The position numbers and the translations under genes were made by a program. Below the pieces are notes generated by a model that was not told the origin of the DNA, did not search any database, and saw nothing but the letters and a program-made list of their open reading frames with translations. From the NCBI GenBank assembly GCA_963719515.1, contig CAVRCJ010000006.1:96001-160000 (forward strand): a stretch of 64,000 nucleotides of DNA, written 5' to 3'. Positions within the stretch are counted from its first letter, which is position 1. Every line of letters begins with the position of its first letter. This stretch comes from an uncultured cyanobacterium. GTDB lineage: Bacteria; Cyanobacteriota; Cyanobacteriia; CAKZMO01. Positions 41,850 through 52,387 of the stretch are shown one piece after another.

Positions 41850-44078
41850 ATGGCAACTAAATTTCCTAAGTTTAGCCAAGCGCTAGCGCAAGATCCGACG
41901 ACGCGTCGGATCTGGTACGGAATTGCCACGGCCCACGATTTTGAAAGCCATGACGGCATGACGGAGGAGAATCTTTACCAAAAGATCTTCGCCTCCCACT
42001 TCGGCCACATTGCAATCATCTTCCTCTGGACCTCGGGCAGCCTGTTCCACGTTGCTTGGCAAGGTAACTTCGAGCAGTGGATCCAAGATCCGCTCAACGT
42101 GCGTCCCATCGCCCATGCGATTTGGGATCCTCACTTTGGCCAGCCCGCTGTTGACGCCTTTACCCAAGGCGGCGCATCCGGTCCGGTCAACATCGCCTAC
42201 TCCGGTGTGTACCACTGGTGGTACACCATCGGAATGCGGACAAACACCGAGCTGTACAGCGGCGCAGTCTTCCTGCTGCTAATGTCTGCCGTGTTCCTGT
42301 TCGCGGGCTGGCTGCACCTGCAGCCTAAGTTCCGCCCCAGCTTGTCCTGGTTTAAGAACGCTGAATCTCGACTGAACCACCACTTGGCCGGTCTGTTTGG
42401 CGTTAGCTCTTTGGCTTGGACAGGTCACCTGGTGCATGTGGCTATTCCCGAGTCTCGGGGCCAGCACATCGGTTGGGATAACTTCCTGACCACGCCACCG
42501 CATCCGGCAGGTTTGGCACCTTTCTTTACTGGCAACTGGGGCGTGTACGCCCAGAACCCTGACACCGCTAACCACATCTTTGGTACGGCTCAGGGATCGG
42601 GTACCGCTATCCTCACGTTCTTGGGTGGCTTCCATCCCCAGACTGAGTCCCTGTGGCTGACGGACATGGCCCATCACCACCTGGCGATCGCGGTTCTGTT
42701 CATCATTGCCGGTCACATGTACCGCACCAACTTCGGCATTGGCCACAGCATCAAAGAGATGCTGAACTCCAAGTCGGGTCTGTTGGGTGGCAGCAGTGAG
42801 GGTCAGTTCAATCTGCCTCACCAGGGTCTGTACGACACGCTGAACAACTCGCTGCACTTCCAGCTCGCGCTGGCTTTGGCGGCGCTGGGTACGATTACGT
42901 CCCTCGTTGCTCAGCACATGTACGCCCTACCGCCTTACGCCTTCATTGGCCGGGACTACACCACCCAGGCGGCGCTGTATACGCACCACCAGTACATTGC
43001 GGGATTCCTGCTTGTCGGTGCGTTTGCTCACGGCGCGATCTTCCTAGTGCGGGACTACGACCCCGTGCAGAACAAAGGCAACGTGCTTGACCGCGTTCTG
43101 CAGCACAAAGAAGCAATCATCTCCCACCTCAGCTGGGTCTCTCTGTTCTTGGGTTTCCATACCCTAGGCATCTACGTCCACAACGACGTGATGAACGCCT
43201 TCGGTACGCCTGAGAAGCAGATCCTGGTTGAGCCGGTGTTTGCCCAGTTTGTGCAGGCGGCCTCCGGTAAGGCGCTCTACGGCTTCGACACTCTGCTGTC
43301 GAACCCCGATAGCATCGCCTCCACCGCTTGGCCCAACAATGGTGCAGTGTGGCTGCCAGGCTGGCTGGATGCCATCAACAGCGGCACCAACTCCCTGTTC
43401 CTCACCATTGGCCCTGGCGACTTCTTGGTCCACCACGCGATCGCTCTAGGTCTGCACACCACCACGTTGATTCTGGTGAAAGGTGCCCTAGACGCGCGCG
43501 GCTCCAAGCTGATGCCCGACAAAAAGGACTTTGGCTACAGCTTCCCCTGCGACGGCCCTGGCCGTGGCGGCACTTGCGACATCTCCGCGTGGGATTCTTT
43601 CTACCTGGCGATGTTCTGGATGCTGAATACCCTGGGATGGGTGACCTTCTACTGGCACTGGAAACATCTGGGCATTTGGCAAGGGAACGTGGCTCAGTTC
43701 AATGAGTCGTCCACATACCTGATGGGCTGGCTGCGCGATTACCTGTGGCTGAACTCAGCTCAGCTAATCAACGGCTACAACCCCTACGGTATGAACAACC
43801 TGGCGGTCTGGGCGTGGATGTTCTTGTTCGGCCACCTGGTCTGGGCAACGGGCTTCATGTTCTTGATCAGCTGGCGCGGTTACTGGCAAGAGCTGATTGA
43901 GACCCTAGTTTGGGCTCATGAGCGCACGCCTCTGGCGAACCTGGTTCGCTGGAAGGACAAGCCGGTTGCGATGTCCATCGTTCAAGGTCGTCTAATTGGT
44001 CTTGCTCACTTCACGGTGGGATATATCTTGACCTACGCGGCCTTCCTGATTGCCTCAACTGCGTCGCGATACGGTTGA
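41850..44078 (+). CDS. psaB: Photosystem I P700 apoprotein A2
   Basis: [28 protein letters not shown]. Confidence 0.99.
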   Translation: MATKFPKFSQALAQDPTTRRIWYGIATAHDFESHDGMTEENLYQKIFASHFGHIAIIFLWTSGSLFHVAWQGNFEQWIQDPLNVRPIAHAIWDPHFGQPAVDAFTQGGASGPVNIAYSGVYHWWYTIGMRTNTELYSGAVFLLLMSAVFLFAGWLHLQPKFRPSLSWFKNAESRLNHHLAGLFGVSSLAWTGHLVHVAIPESRGQHIGWDNFLTTPPHPAGLAPFFTGNWGVYAQNPDTANHIFGTAQGSGTAILTFLGGFHPQTESLWLTDMAHHHLAIAVLFIIAGHMYRTNFGIGHSIKEMLNSKSGLLGGSSEGQFNLPHQGLYDTLNNSLHFQLALALAALGTITSLVAQHMYALPPYAFIGRDYTTQAALYTHHQYIAGFLLVGAFAHGAIFLVRDYDPVQNKGNVLDRVLQHKEAIISHLSWVSLFLGFHTLGIYVHNDVMNAFGTPEKQILVEPVFAQFVQAASGKALYGFDTLLSNPDSIASTAWPNNGAVWLPGWLDAINSGTNSLFLTIGPGDFLVHHAIALGLHTTTLILVKGALDARGSKLMPDKKDFGYSFPCDGPGRGGTCDISAWDSFYLAMFWMLNTLGWVTFYWHWKHLGIWQGNVAQFNESSTYLMGWLRDYLWLNSAQLINGYNPYGMNNLAVWAWMFLFGHLVWATGFMFLISWRGYWQELIETLVWAHERTPLANLVRWKDKPVAMSIVQGRLIGLAHFTVGYILTYAAFLIASTASRYG

Positions 44079-44106
44079 CGTTGTTGACGGGTAATTAACA
44101 GAAATT

Positions 44107-44137
44107 CTCCCCTGCCGAGAGGTGGGGGAGTTTTTTT
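44107..44137 (+). terminator. Intrinsic terminator of psaAB
   Basis: CTCCCCTGCC-GAGA-GGTGGGGGAG followed by T7. Confidence 0.9.
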
Positions 44138-44333
44138 GGTTGCGATGCCGGTTGTTTTCAAGGTTCCACTCGACAACCTAGTATATAGACTCTATCAGTG
44201 CTACAGGGTTAACGCGCTATCCACCGCACCACCGATATCCTCCATGTCAATGCTATGCAGAGAGATTTGAGCGGACCCAACCCTTCCCCTCCCAAACCCC
44301 CGGCGAATACATGAGCACCCTCAGTCGCCGCAT

Positions 44334-44591
44334 TCGAATAGACCCGTTACTTATCTCGACTACCACGCCACAGGCGATCGCGCCGAAGCCGCCATCAAAG
44401 AAGCCACGGCCCACGTCGCCGCCCTAGTCGGAGCCGCTCCCCACAACATCATATTCACCTCCGGCGCTACCGAAAGCCTCAACCTCGCCATTCAAGACAC
44501 CGTGAAGACTCTAGAGCAGGTAGGTTCAAACCAAGCCGCCATCAAGCCCCGCGTCGCGATCGCCGCCGTCGAGTTCCCAACACCGCCGTAG
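44334..44591 (+). pseudogene. Cysteine desulfurase (IscS/DndA-like) N-terminal remnant
   Basis: Translates as YLDYHAT-GDRAEAAIKEATAHVAALVGAAPHNIIFTSGATESLNLAIQ...AVE, then stops; no in-frame start; internal deletion. Confidence 0.8.
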
Positions 44592-44729
44592 ATCCGTTTG
44601 TGTCGCGCTTTTCCAAACGACAAAAGCCAGCAAAATCGAAGACAAGCCGGTGCCGCCAACCAACCGCAGTGGGCGGACGCGGCACTGAAATGCGCGGTTG
44701 AGCACTGATCATCCCCGCAATCCCGAGTC

Positions 44730-45584
44730 TTAAAGCTGAGTCGCCGCGAACGTATCGCACTGCGCTACATCTCCCGTCTCCAGCCCCGTCGTAAACCAGC
44801 GTACCCGCTGCTCTGAGCTACCGTGGGTGAAGGCGTCAGGCACTACGTAGCCTTGAGACTTACGCTGGAGGCGATCGTCCCCGATGGCGCTAGCGGCGTT
44901 GAGCCCTTCTTGAATATCTCCCCGCTCTAGCTCTACATTTTCAGACCGGCTCGTGGAGTTCGCCCAAATTCCGGCGAGGCAGTCCGCCTGCAGCTCAAGG
45001 CGCACCGACAGCTGATTGGCCTCAGTGCGGCTAGCCCGCTGCTGCGCCTGCCGCACCTGGTCTGAGATGCCGAGCTGATTTTGCACATGGTGCGCCACCT
45101 CATGGGCCACCACGTAGGCTTGAGCAAAATCTCCGGGGGCTCCTAGTTGAGCCTGCATAGCCTGGAGAAAGGTCAGGTCGATGTACAGCTTTTCATCCGC
45201 TGGGCAGTAGAACGGGCCGACTGCAGACTGAGCATAGCCACAGGCAGACTCAACACCATTAGAAAACAGCACGAGATTGGGCTCTTGATAGTCCCGCCCA
45301 ATCTCGCTGAACAGCTCGTTCCAGGTATCCTCCGTATCGGCTAGCACCACCGACACAAATTCGGCCAGCTCATCGTCTTCTGCGGAGGTCGTAGTGGGTG
45401 AGGACGACGGCCCTGTCCCAGTTGAGGTGCCCTGAAACACCACCGAGGGATCTCCCCCGAGCAGCATTATCACGACCGCCAAGACTAGAGCTCCGATGCC
45501 GCCACCGCCGACTAGAGCCGGTCCCGCTCCGCCGCCGCGCCTATCTTCTACATTGTTGCTTCGTCGTCCAAACTGCCAGCGCAT
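44730..45584 (-). CDS. Neutral zinc metallopeptidase (YpfJ-like)
   Basis: [33 protein letters not shown] and FTHGSSEQR. Confidence 0.92.
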   Translation of the reverse strand: MRWQFGRRSNNVEDRRGGGAGPALVGGGGIGALVLAVVIMLLGGDPSVVFQGTSTGTGPSSSPTTTSAEDDELAEFVSVVLADTEDTWNELFSEIGRDYQEPNLVLFSNGVESACGYAQSAVGPFYCPADEKLYIDLTFLQAMQAQLGAPGDFAQAYVVAHEVAHHVQNQLGISDQVRQAQQRASRTEANQLSVRLELQADCLAGIWANSTSRSENVELERGDIQEGLNAASAIGDDRLQRKSQGYVVPDAFTHGSSEQRVRWFTTGLETGDVAQCDTFAATQL

Positions 45585-45694
45585 GGGTGCTCTCTCGTTA
45601 GGGGTATTGTCAAGAGAATCTTAGACCAAAACGCGATAGAGGCCCATAACTCCTACGGGATAATTGCGCGTAGGTTTGAAGTAAGACTTTAGCA

Positions 45695-46282
45695 TTACTG
45701 GCGACCCATCACCTGCACAAGCCAAAGCGAGATGGCAATGCCAAAGAAATGGGCCAAGGCGATATTGATGTTGGCCTGAATCACCCAAATATCCAAAGGC
45801 TGAATCGCTTGGGTAATGCGCTCAAAGATCGCGGCTCCGCCTTGAGGCTGGGACAGTGCTTTGCTCACCAGGGCTCCGATGAGGGCTTCTCCCCCCAGCA
45901 GCGTCAAAAACATGCCTGCCAGGTTGACAATCAGCCCAATTCTCAGCGATCGCACTACGTCGCTGGGCCGAGGCCGAGTCTCGCTGCTGGGCGATCGCAG
46001 CTGACGGGAGAGCCGGGTATAGCGAAAGGCCCAATACGCGCCACCGTAGAGGGCGACTAGCCCCAAACCCGCCAGCGCCAGCCCGACCCCTGCTCCTGGA
46101 TTATCGCGCGGGGCGTTGCTGACGCTTTGAAAATTGATCAGCACCGTCGCAAATATGAGCGTCAGCGAGGAGACGATCGCCAAAATGAGCTGAATCCAAA
46201 AGCTTGCCCAGCCGTACCAGCGAAACGAGCGGACAATGCGTTGAATAGCGGGAGAGAGCCTGGAGGAGTCTTTATCTAGCAT
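45695..46282 (-). CDS. DUF3611 family membrane protein
   Basis: GWASFWIQL...LDIWVIQAN..LAHF; 4 TM segments. Confidence 0.8.
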   Translation of the reverse strand: MLDKDSSRLSPAIQRIVRSFRWYGWASFWIQLILAIVSSLTLIFATVLINFQSVSNAPRDNPGAGVGLALAGLGLVALYGGAYWAFRYTRLSRQLRSPSSETRPRPSDVVRSLRIGLIVNLAGMFLTLLGGEALIGALVSKALSQPQGGAAIFERITQAIQPLDIWVIQANINIALAHFFGIAISLWLVQVMGRQ

Positions 46283-46455
46283 CGAAAAGAGCTCAACGGA
46301 GCAGGAGTCTTGGTTATGTCTGCCCCGTCGCTTATATCAATGGTATCGGCTAAAAGCCTTACATTGCGTAGGCGATAGGGCGCACAAACGTCCCAACCAG
46401 TCAGGACATCTGCTATAAAAAGCGACCATGACTGTACGATAGCATTTGCCCGCCT

Positions 46456-47295
46456 TCAGTCGCGGCGCGATCGCACCCATAGGCCCAGCCCCGCCAAGCA
46501 CAATAGCCCTAGCCCCCCCGCCAAAGGGTTTTGGTCCACCCCCGACAGCCCCGCGGGGGCAGAGTCCTGATAAGTGAGTAGCTTGCCTACGGCGACCAGG
46601 TAATAGCTCCACACTAGCCCGGCGTGCAGCCCAATGGCCATGCCCAGCCGGCCGCAACACCTGCGCCGCGCCCATACCAGAACCAGGCCCAGCAGCACCA
46701 GCCCTGGAAACTGAGGCGCAGTGCGAATCATTTCGGAAACGGGCTTGATGAAATGGAGAGCCGCAAACCCTAAGCTGCTGCCCCATAGAGCAATCGGGCG
46801 AGAGTAATCTTCCTCTAATTCCCCTAGTAGCCAGCCCCGAAACACCAGCTCCTCCCCTAAGGCAATCCCCACCGCTACCAGCAGCCCCTCGAAGGCGATC
46901 ACCCCTATTTGCGTCCAGACCGCCCCGTCCCATACCACCCACCCCAAAAGCCCCTGCAGCCCAAACAGCAGCATCAGGCTGAGCGCCGCCGCCCCAAACC
47001 CTAAGGCAAACTCGCGGCGATTGTGCCTTGTCCAGGTCAGACCGTAGCGATCGCGCAGTTTAGACCGGTAGAGGGTGCGGCTCCAAACCCGCAGCAGACC
47101 CAAAAACCCGATGAGGACGGTGGCGGTGGCCAAGATGCTGATGGTGTTGCTGTCGGTGACCCGCCAAAGAATGAGGCCATAAACAGGAAGCCACAGCAGC
47201 AGCAGCAGCCCAATGAATAGAAAGATGCGCAGGGGGACAGGACGGTTGGCCAGGGCCGGACCGAAGCCTGATAAAAACCGTAGTGGCTTGGCCAT
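46456..47295 (-). CDS. CPBP (Abi/CAAX type II) intramembrane protease
   Basis: EELVFRG, FAALH and AIGLHAG motifs; start taken at ATG 47295. Confidence 0.9.
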   Translation of the reverse strand: MAKPLRFLSGFGPALANRPVPLRIFLFIGLLLLLWLPVYGLILWRVTDSNTISILATATVLIGFLGLLRVWSRTLYRSKLRDRYGLTWTRHNRREFALGFGAAALSLMLLFGLQGLLGWVVWDGAVWTQIGVIAFEGLLVAVGIALGEELVFRGWLLGELEEDYSRPIALWGSSLGFAALHFIKPVSEMIRTAPQFPGLVLLGLVLVWARRRCCGRLGMAIGLHAGLVWSYYLVAVGKLLTYQDSAPAGLSGVDQNPLAGGLGLLCLAGLGLWVRSRRD

Positions 47296-47440
47296 TGGAT
47301 TCACCTTAAGCGCCTTGAAAGCCTCTCTAAGGGCGATCGCTCCCGCGTCCCAAGTTATTTCAGACCGCAACAGCGGCAGGAATCTAGAAAAAAATAGTCG
47401 GCAGCCATCCACGACAGCTACCGACAATCCCTTTAACTGA

Positions 47441-47522
47441 TGCGGATGAAGGGACTTGAACCCCCACGTCCGAAGACACTAGAACCTAAATCTAGCGCGT
47501 CTACCAATTCCGCCACATCCGC
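47441..47522 (-). tRNA. trnL: tRNA-Leu (anticodon TAG)
   Basis: GCGGATGTGGCGGAATTGGTAGACGCGCTAGATTTAGGTTCTAG...GGTTCAAGTCC...CATCCGCA with a long variable arm. Confidence 0.97.
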
Positions 47523-47690
47523 ATATCCAGGTCTTCTATAGTAGCAAAGCGATCGCCATTTAGGACAACAAATTTTGGCAACGAGTCACCAAAATTTTGG
47601 CGGTGGGCGATCGCTTTGCATTTACGGTTGGGATGTTTGCACACAGAGCGTTTTCAGAGAACGCCGTAGGAGCACCTCAGCCCCGAACTG

Positions 47691-47745
47691 TTCGTGGAAG
47701 TCCCCGGCGCTGTATGCGCAGCATACAGCGCCGGGCTTCCACGAA
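47691..47745. repeat. Near-perfect 55-bp palindrome resembling the IS605 right-end hairpin (REP-like)
   Basis: TTCGTGGAAGTCCCCGGCGCTGTATGC-GCA-GCATACAGCGCCGGGCTTCCACGAA. Confidence 0.8.
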
Positions 47746-49290
47746 TTAGCTAAAGAGGGTCGCAAACAGCGCCTCAGCGATGGGGGCCTCCAGCGGATTG
47801 CCGTCTACGACCGGGTCTCCCATGTCCGGTTCCTCTATCAGTTCTCCATCAGGCACAGGCTCCTCAACGACGGGGAGTTCTGCTGACGGCTCCGGTTCCT
47901 TGCCTTCTACAGGCGTTTCGTCAACTGGCTCTTCAACTATGGGGCCGTCGATAATAGGACCCTCAACTATAGGACCCTCAATCACAGGACCCTCAACTAC
48001 AGGGTCGTCAATCACAGGACCCTCAACTATAGGATCGTCGGTGACAGGAGCATCCACTACAGGCTCGTCGACCTCTATAAGCTCAAGGAAATCCAAGAAT
48101 CCTGCCGTTGCTGAGATATCCGCCGCCAGCTCAACTAGGTCCAGGTCTCCCGTCAAATCAACGTCATCGCTTGCCACATCGCTCACGGCAACGCCGTCGC
48201 TGAAGGTGACCGTGCCGGTCAAGCTTGCGAGGAAATCTGACGCGTCGCTCAGCAGCTGGGCGAAGTCAATAAAAACTGGAATGCCGGACTCTTCAGCTTC
48301 AGGCAGAGCTGGATCGACCGGTACCTCAGGAGACAGAACCGGGTCTACAGGGGCTTCAGGAACCATAGGATCCGTCGGCGCTTCAGGATCTATCATTTCG
48401 ACCAAGGCGATGTCTAAAACCCCTTCGAGCACACCCTCACTGAGGATGAATTCGCCGTCCGTTCCGGCAACGATGGGGGTGACGAGATTGCTGATGACGC
48501 TAGCGAAATCGAACGGTTCGCCGATCTGTCCAAACGGTTCAACCGCTACGGTGGCAAATCCATCATCCACAGTGAACGTCAGGGGAAGGTCTACGAGGTC
48601 TATATCGATCCCGTCGCCGACGTCATCGCTGAGAGTTACTATTCCGTTAGAGAGATCAAAGGTTGTTTCAAAACCGCCCAAAGGTATCGTAAACTCGGCA
48701 TCCTCGCCAAAGGAAAAACTTTCCTCGATGGAGCCAAATGGCGTATCGAGGTCAATGCCCAGCGCGCCGTCAAGAAGGCTGAATTCACCTTCAAACTCAC
48801 CGGCTTCGCTGCCGAAGTCGACCGCGATCACGCCTTCGTTGAGCGCAAATGTCCCCTCAATATCTGAGAGGAGAGGCAGCAAAACGGTTTCGGTCAGCTC
48901 ATTTAGGTCTAGGGTTCCCGTCAGGGGCTCTCCCTCTTCTAGAGTTAAGGCTGCGGTTGCCACCCCGCCTTCTAAACCCACAGACGCGGTAATTCCTGTG
49001 AGTTCGTCAATGAGTTCAGCAATCCCAGCGACGACGTCGACTTCCTCAGTGAAAGTACCTTCGGCACCGGTAAGGTCGGCGCTAATGACGCCGCCTGCAA
49101 AGGTAATGCTGCCAGCAAGGCTATCTGCAAACTGCGTTAGGTCAGTTTCAGCAAAGCTGTCGGGGAAGAATGCGGCTAGGTCGCTCAGCGCAGACTCGGC
49201 GGGCAAAATCGCGACAGCAGCCGTAATGGCGTCTGCGCCGGTCTCTACTGTTCTAGTAACGAGATCTGGTGTGGTTGCCGATTCAAGCAT
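47746..49290 (-). CDS. Hyper-acidic repetitive hypothetical protein
   Basis: 514 aa ORF with a GGAG RBS; D/E-rich; only 1 Arg and 1 Lys; internal repeats. Confidence 0.8.
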   Translation of the reverse strand: MLESATTPDLVTRTVETGADAITAAVAILPAESALSDLAAFFPDSFAETDLTQFADSLAGSITFAGGVISADLTGAEGTFTEEVDVVAGIAELIDELTGITASVGLEGGVATAALTLEEGEPLTGTLDLNELTETVLLPLLSDIEGTFALNEGVIAVDFGSEAGEFEGEFSLLDGALGIDLDTPFGSIEESFSFGEDAEFTIPLGGFETTFDLSNGIVTLSDDVGDGIDIDLVDLPLTFTVDDGFATVAVEPFGQIGEPFDFASVISNLVTPIVAGTDGEFILSEGVLEGVLDIALVEMIDPEAPTDPMVPEAPVDPVLSPEVPVDPALPEAEESGIPVFIDFAQLLSDASDFLASLTGTVTFSDGVAVSDVASDDVDLTGDLDLVELAADISATAGFLDFLELIEVDEPVVDAPVTDDPIVEGPVIDDPVVEGPVIEGPIVEGPIIDGPIVEEPVDETPVEGKEPEPSAELPVVEEPVPDGELIEEPDMGDPVVDGNPLEAPIAEALFATLFS

Positions 49291-49543
49291 GTAGTGACTC
49301 CTGATTCCTAAAACGTTGTGGTATTGATGCTTAGTCTTTAAGTAAGAGGTGTCTTGTTGCAGACGGGTAAGCGCCGCTCAAACAAGTCAGTTGACGTAAC
49401 TTGCTCCTGTATTGTGCCGCGAACTCCAAAATTCGATCCCGCCGCTACTGTAGCTTAGCCCAGCGGCTAAAGTCCTCTTGGGCGATCGCCTGCCGGAAGT
49501 GATACCGTAGATGGGCTAGGCCACGCTTGAGCACCGAACACCC

Positions 49544-50368
49544 ATGAACTTTTTGACAAACTTACTTCCCACACCGCTCAGTCTTCCGCGCCTGAATCGG
49601 AGTCGGCGAGGCCTGACTAAATCGGCGGCAGAGATTGCCACGATGCGTCAGGCTACCCGCATTGTGGCGACTGTGCTCAAAGAGATCTCGCAGCGGGTCC
49701 GGCCCGGCATGACCACGGCAGATTTGGACGCCTACGCTGAGCAGCGCATTCGCGAGATGGGAGCCACACCAAGCTTCAAAGGCTATTACGGCTTTCCTGG
49801 CTCTATCTGCGCCTGCATCAACGACGAAGTCGTCCACGGCATCCCCAGCGCCAAGAAGATTATCCACGCTGGCGATGTGCTCAAGGTGGACACTGGAGCT
49901 TACTACGACGGCTTTCACGGCGACTCCTGCATCACCATTGGCGTTGAAGCCGTGACCCCCGAGGCGGCTAGCCTTATCGAGGCGGCAGAGGCCACGCTAT
50001 ACAGAGGCATTGAGCAAGTCAAAGCGGGGGCTTACCTTTTAGATATTGCGGGTGCTATTCAAGATTACGCAGAGGAAGCAGGCTTCAAAATCGTTGAGGA
50101 GTTCACGGGCCACGGCGTGGGCCGCAACCTGCACGAGGAGCCGTCCGTGTTCAATATCCGCACGCGACAGCTGCCCAACGTTAAGCTCCAAGCCGGGATG
50201 ACGTTAGCCATTGAGCCGATTTTGAACGCCGGGTCTCGCCACACGCGCACCCTCCCGGACCGGTGGACGGTGGTAACCGTCGATCGCGCTTTGTCAGCGC
50301 AGTTTGAGCACACCGTACTGGTGACCGAGTCGGGATACGAAATTTTGACCGACCGGACGCAGGTATAG
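49544..50368 (+). CDS. map: Type I methionine aminopeptidase
   Basis: [26 protein letters not shown] and AQFEHT. Confidence 0.96.
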   Translation: MNFLTNLLPTPLSLPRLNRSRRGLTKSAAEIATMRQATRIVATVLKEISQRVRPGMTTADLDAYAEQRIREMGATPSFKGYYGFPGSICACINDEVVHGIPSAKKIIHAGDVLKVDTGAYYDGFHGDSCITIGVEAVTPEAASLIEAAEATLYRGIEQVKAGAYLLDIAGAIQDYAEEAGFKIVEEFTGHGVGRNLHEEPSVFNIRTRQLPNVKLQAGMTLAIEPILNAGSRHTRTLPDRWTVVTVDRALSAQFEHTVLVTESGYEILTDRTQV

Positions 50369-50384
50369 CGGCAGTTGGGAGGCT

Positions 50385-51050
50385 CTAGCCGTCAGGGCCT
50401 GCAGCCAAGGCGATCGCCCGAGGGTAGAGTCTGTGCTCCTGCTGGTGGATTCGCTGCTGTAGGGTCTCAGGGGTATCGCCGGACAGTACCGGAACGGCGG
50501 CTTGAGCAATGATTGGGCCGCTGTCCACCTCAAGTACGACGTGGTGAACGGTACAGCCCGTAATCTTAACCCCTGCTGATAGAGCCTGCTCTACTGCATG
50601 TAGACCGGGAAAGCTGGGCAGCAGGCTCGGGTGAATATTGAGAATGCGGTTTGGAAAGGCCTGAATCAGTTCATTGGTGACGCAGCGCATCCACCCCGCC
50701 ATAATGACCCAGGCGACGCCGTGGTGCGTCAGCGTAGTGGCGATCGCCTGATCTAGCGCCTCGCGGCGCTTGAACTCGCGGTGGTTGAGCAGCACGGCGG
50801 GAACTTGTCGCCGCGCCGCCCGCTCAGCGACCCTGGCATCGGGGTTATTGTAGATAACGACGTCAATCTGGGCGTTGAGCTGTCGATTCTCAATAGCCTC
50901 TGCGATCGCCTCAAAATTGCTGCCGTTGCCTGAGGCCAGTACGCCTAGCTTCAGGGGAGGCTGACGGAAATTTTTTTCTAGGTCCTCGCTTGTCTCTGGA
51001 GGCGAATGAATGGCTTCATTAGCGGACGCGGTATAGGGAGTGATGGACAT
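50385..51050 (-). CDS. purN: Phosphoribosylglycinamide formyltransferase
   Basis: ASGNGSN, AGWM, NIHPSLLP and DSGPII motifs. Confidence 0.96.
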   Translation of the reverse strand: MSITPYTASANEAIHSPPETSEDLEKNFRQPPLKLGVLASGNGSNFEAIAEAIENRQLNAQIDVVIYNNPDARVAERAARRQVPAVLLNHREFKRREALDQAIATTLTHHGVAWVIMAGWMRCVTNELIQAFPNRILNIHPSLLPSFPGLHAVEQALSAGVKITGCTVHHVVLEVDSGPIIAQAAVPVLSGDTPETLQQRIHQQEHRLYPRAIALAAGPDG

Positions 51051-51789
51051 TCTAATGGGTATAGAAGCTCATAGCCGATCATACAGGGCTCCGCTTCCTG
51101 CTCACCACTCCGCTGAAGACTCGCGGGAAAGTCTATCGTCGTGCAGCGATCGCTAGCTGGAGTCAGGTCTTGAAACGACTAGATAGGGAACCCCAAAAGC
51201 TGCAGTTCGCTAGGACTGCGTGAGCGCAACTTGAGCATGTCCTGTTGGCCACCAGCCTCTAATGAGAGTACGATGGAGGGCTAATATGGCTTGAGGGGCC
51301 AGCATGTAGCGAAAATACAGGTGGGAATTCTATAATGGTTAACTATAGATTACAAATTTATAATCTCTTCCTATGGTCGATTTGGCGAGAGTTACCGCTA
51401 TCGAGGACGAAGTGCTCCTCTATATTCCTCTAAACTTCACCTGCTGCCGCGCCTCTATGAGATTTCGAGCTTAAAGATATTAGGTATGTAGGCTAGACCT
51501 AGTATTTAGCCGCGAAGATAATTTCACCTAATCGTTCCACCTGCAAAGTGCGTGTCTTTTGCGCTTTGAAGTACAGCTTAAAGAAGCTTTTACGCTTGTC
51601 ATCCTTTGACAGTCGACGAGCGCAAGACAAACGCCGACAAAACTTGCTAGTTATCAAAAGCCCCTAAGCTTTCCCTATGCTGATCTCCGAGACAGCGCGA
51701 TGTCGGGGCATTATTCCTATAATTTTGCTAGCCTACGGCTAGCCTTTCTATATCGTTATACAAACCGATCTATTAGGTAAAAAATATAT

Positions 51790-52311
51790 ATGTATTCTAA
51801 AAGCCGTCTTTCGATCTTCGTAGACGGGAACAATATGTTCTATGCTCAGCAAAAGAACGGCTGGTTCTTCGATCCACGGCGGGTTTTACGCTACTTCACT
51901 GACGATTCCCATATTCGCTTAATCAACGCATTCTGGTACACCGGCCTCAAAGACTCTCAAGATCAGCGCGGGTTTAGAGATGCACTCATCAGCTTAGGCT
52001 ACACGGTGAGAACTAAAGTCCTCAAAGAATACTACGACGATTCGTCGGGACGCTACTCGCAAAAGGCCAATCTAGATATTGAAATCGTGGTGGATATGTT
52101 CAACACCGTTGAGCAATACGATCAGGTGGTGCTATTTAGCGGTGACGGTGACTTCGAGCGGGCGGTTGAGCTGCTGCGCTCAAAGAATACCCACATCACC
52201 GTGGTCTCAACGGAGGGGATGATCGCCCGGGAGCTGAGAAACGCCACCGACCGCTATATCGATCTCAACAGCATTCGTAGCCATATTGAGAAAAGCGACG
52301 GCTACAACTAG
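51790..52311 (+). CDS. labA: LabA-like NYN domain protein
   Basis: IFVDGNNMFYAQ, KANLDIEIVVDM and SGDGDF. Confidence 0.85.
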   Translation: MYSKSRLSIFVDGNNMFYAQQKNGWFFDPRRVLRYFTDDSHIRLINAFWYTGLKDSQDQRGFRDALISLGYTVRTKVLKEYYDDSSGRYSQKANLDIEIVVDMFNTVEQYDQVVLFSGDGDFERAVELLRSKNTHITVVSTEGMIARELRNATDRYIDLNSIRSHIEKSDGYN

Positions 52312-52387
52312 TCAGGTACGAGGTTTACCAGTCAGAGGCGCTATCATCAGAGGATAGTTGTCCTAGCGACGAGGTCAGCCGCCTACT

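Noticed and set aside
39568..44078. Far-red (FaRLiP) psaA2/psaB2 paralogs
   Set aside because: Lengths and sequences look like standard PsaA/PsaB, and no rfp, apc or chlF genes are adjacent
46456..47295. Abi-named CPBP protease as a phage-defence gene
   Set aside because: This family is widespread and the name does not imply abortive infection; there is no defence context here
47380..47522. tRNA-Leu as an integration site for an island
   Set aside because: No integrase and no duplicated tRNA 3' end were seen; the downstream genes are ordinary
47780..49294. 504-aa antisense ORF over the acidic protein
   Set aside because: Stops in this frame need Tyr or His/Gln codons on the coding strand, which are absent or rare, so the open frame is a compositional shadow
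51522..51600. Glutamine (glnA-type) riboswitch (ATCGTT...GAAGTA)
   Set aside because: The closing GAAG/AACG strand is missing and the downstream gene does not fit
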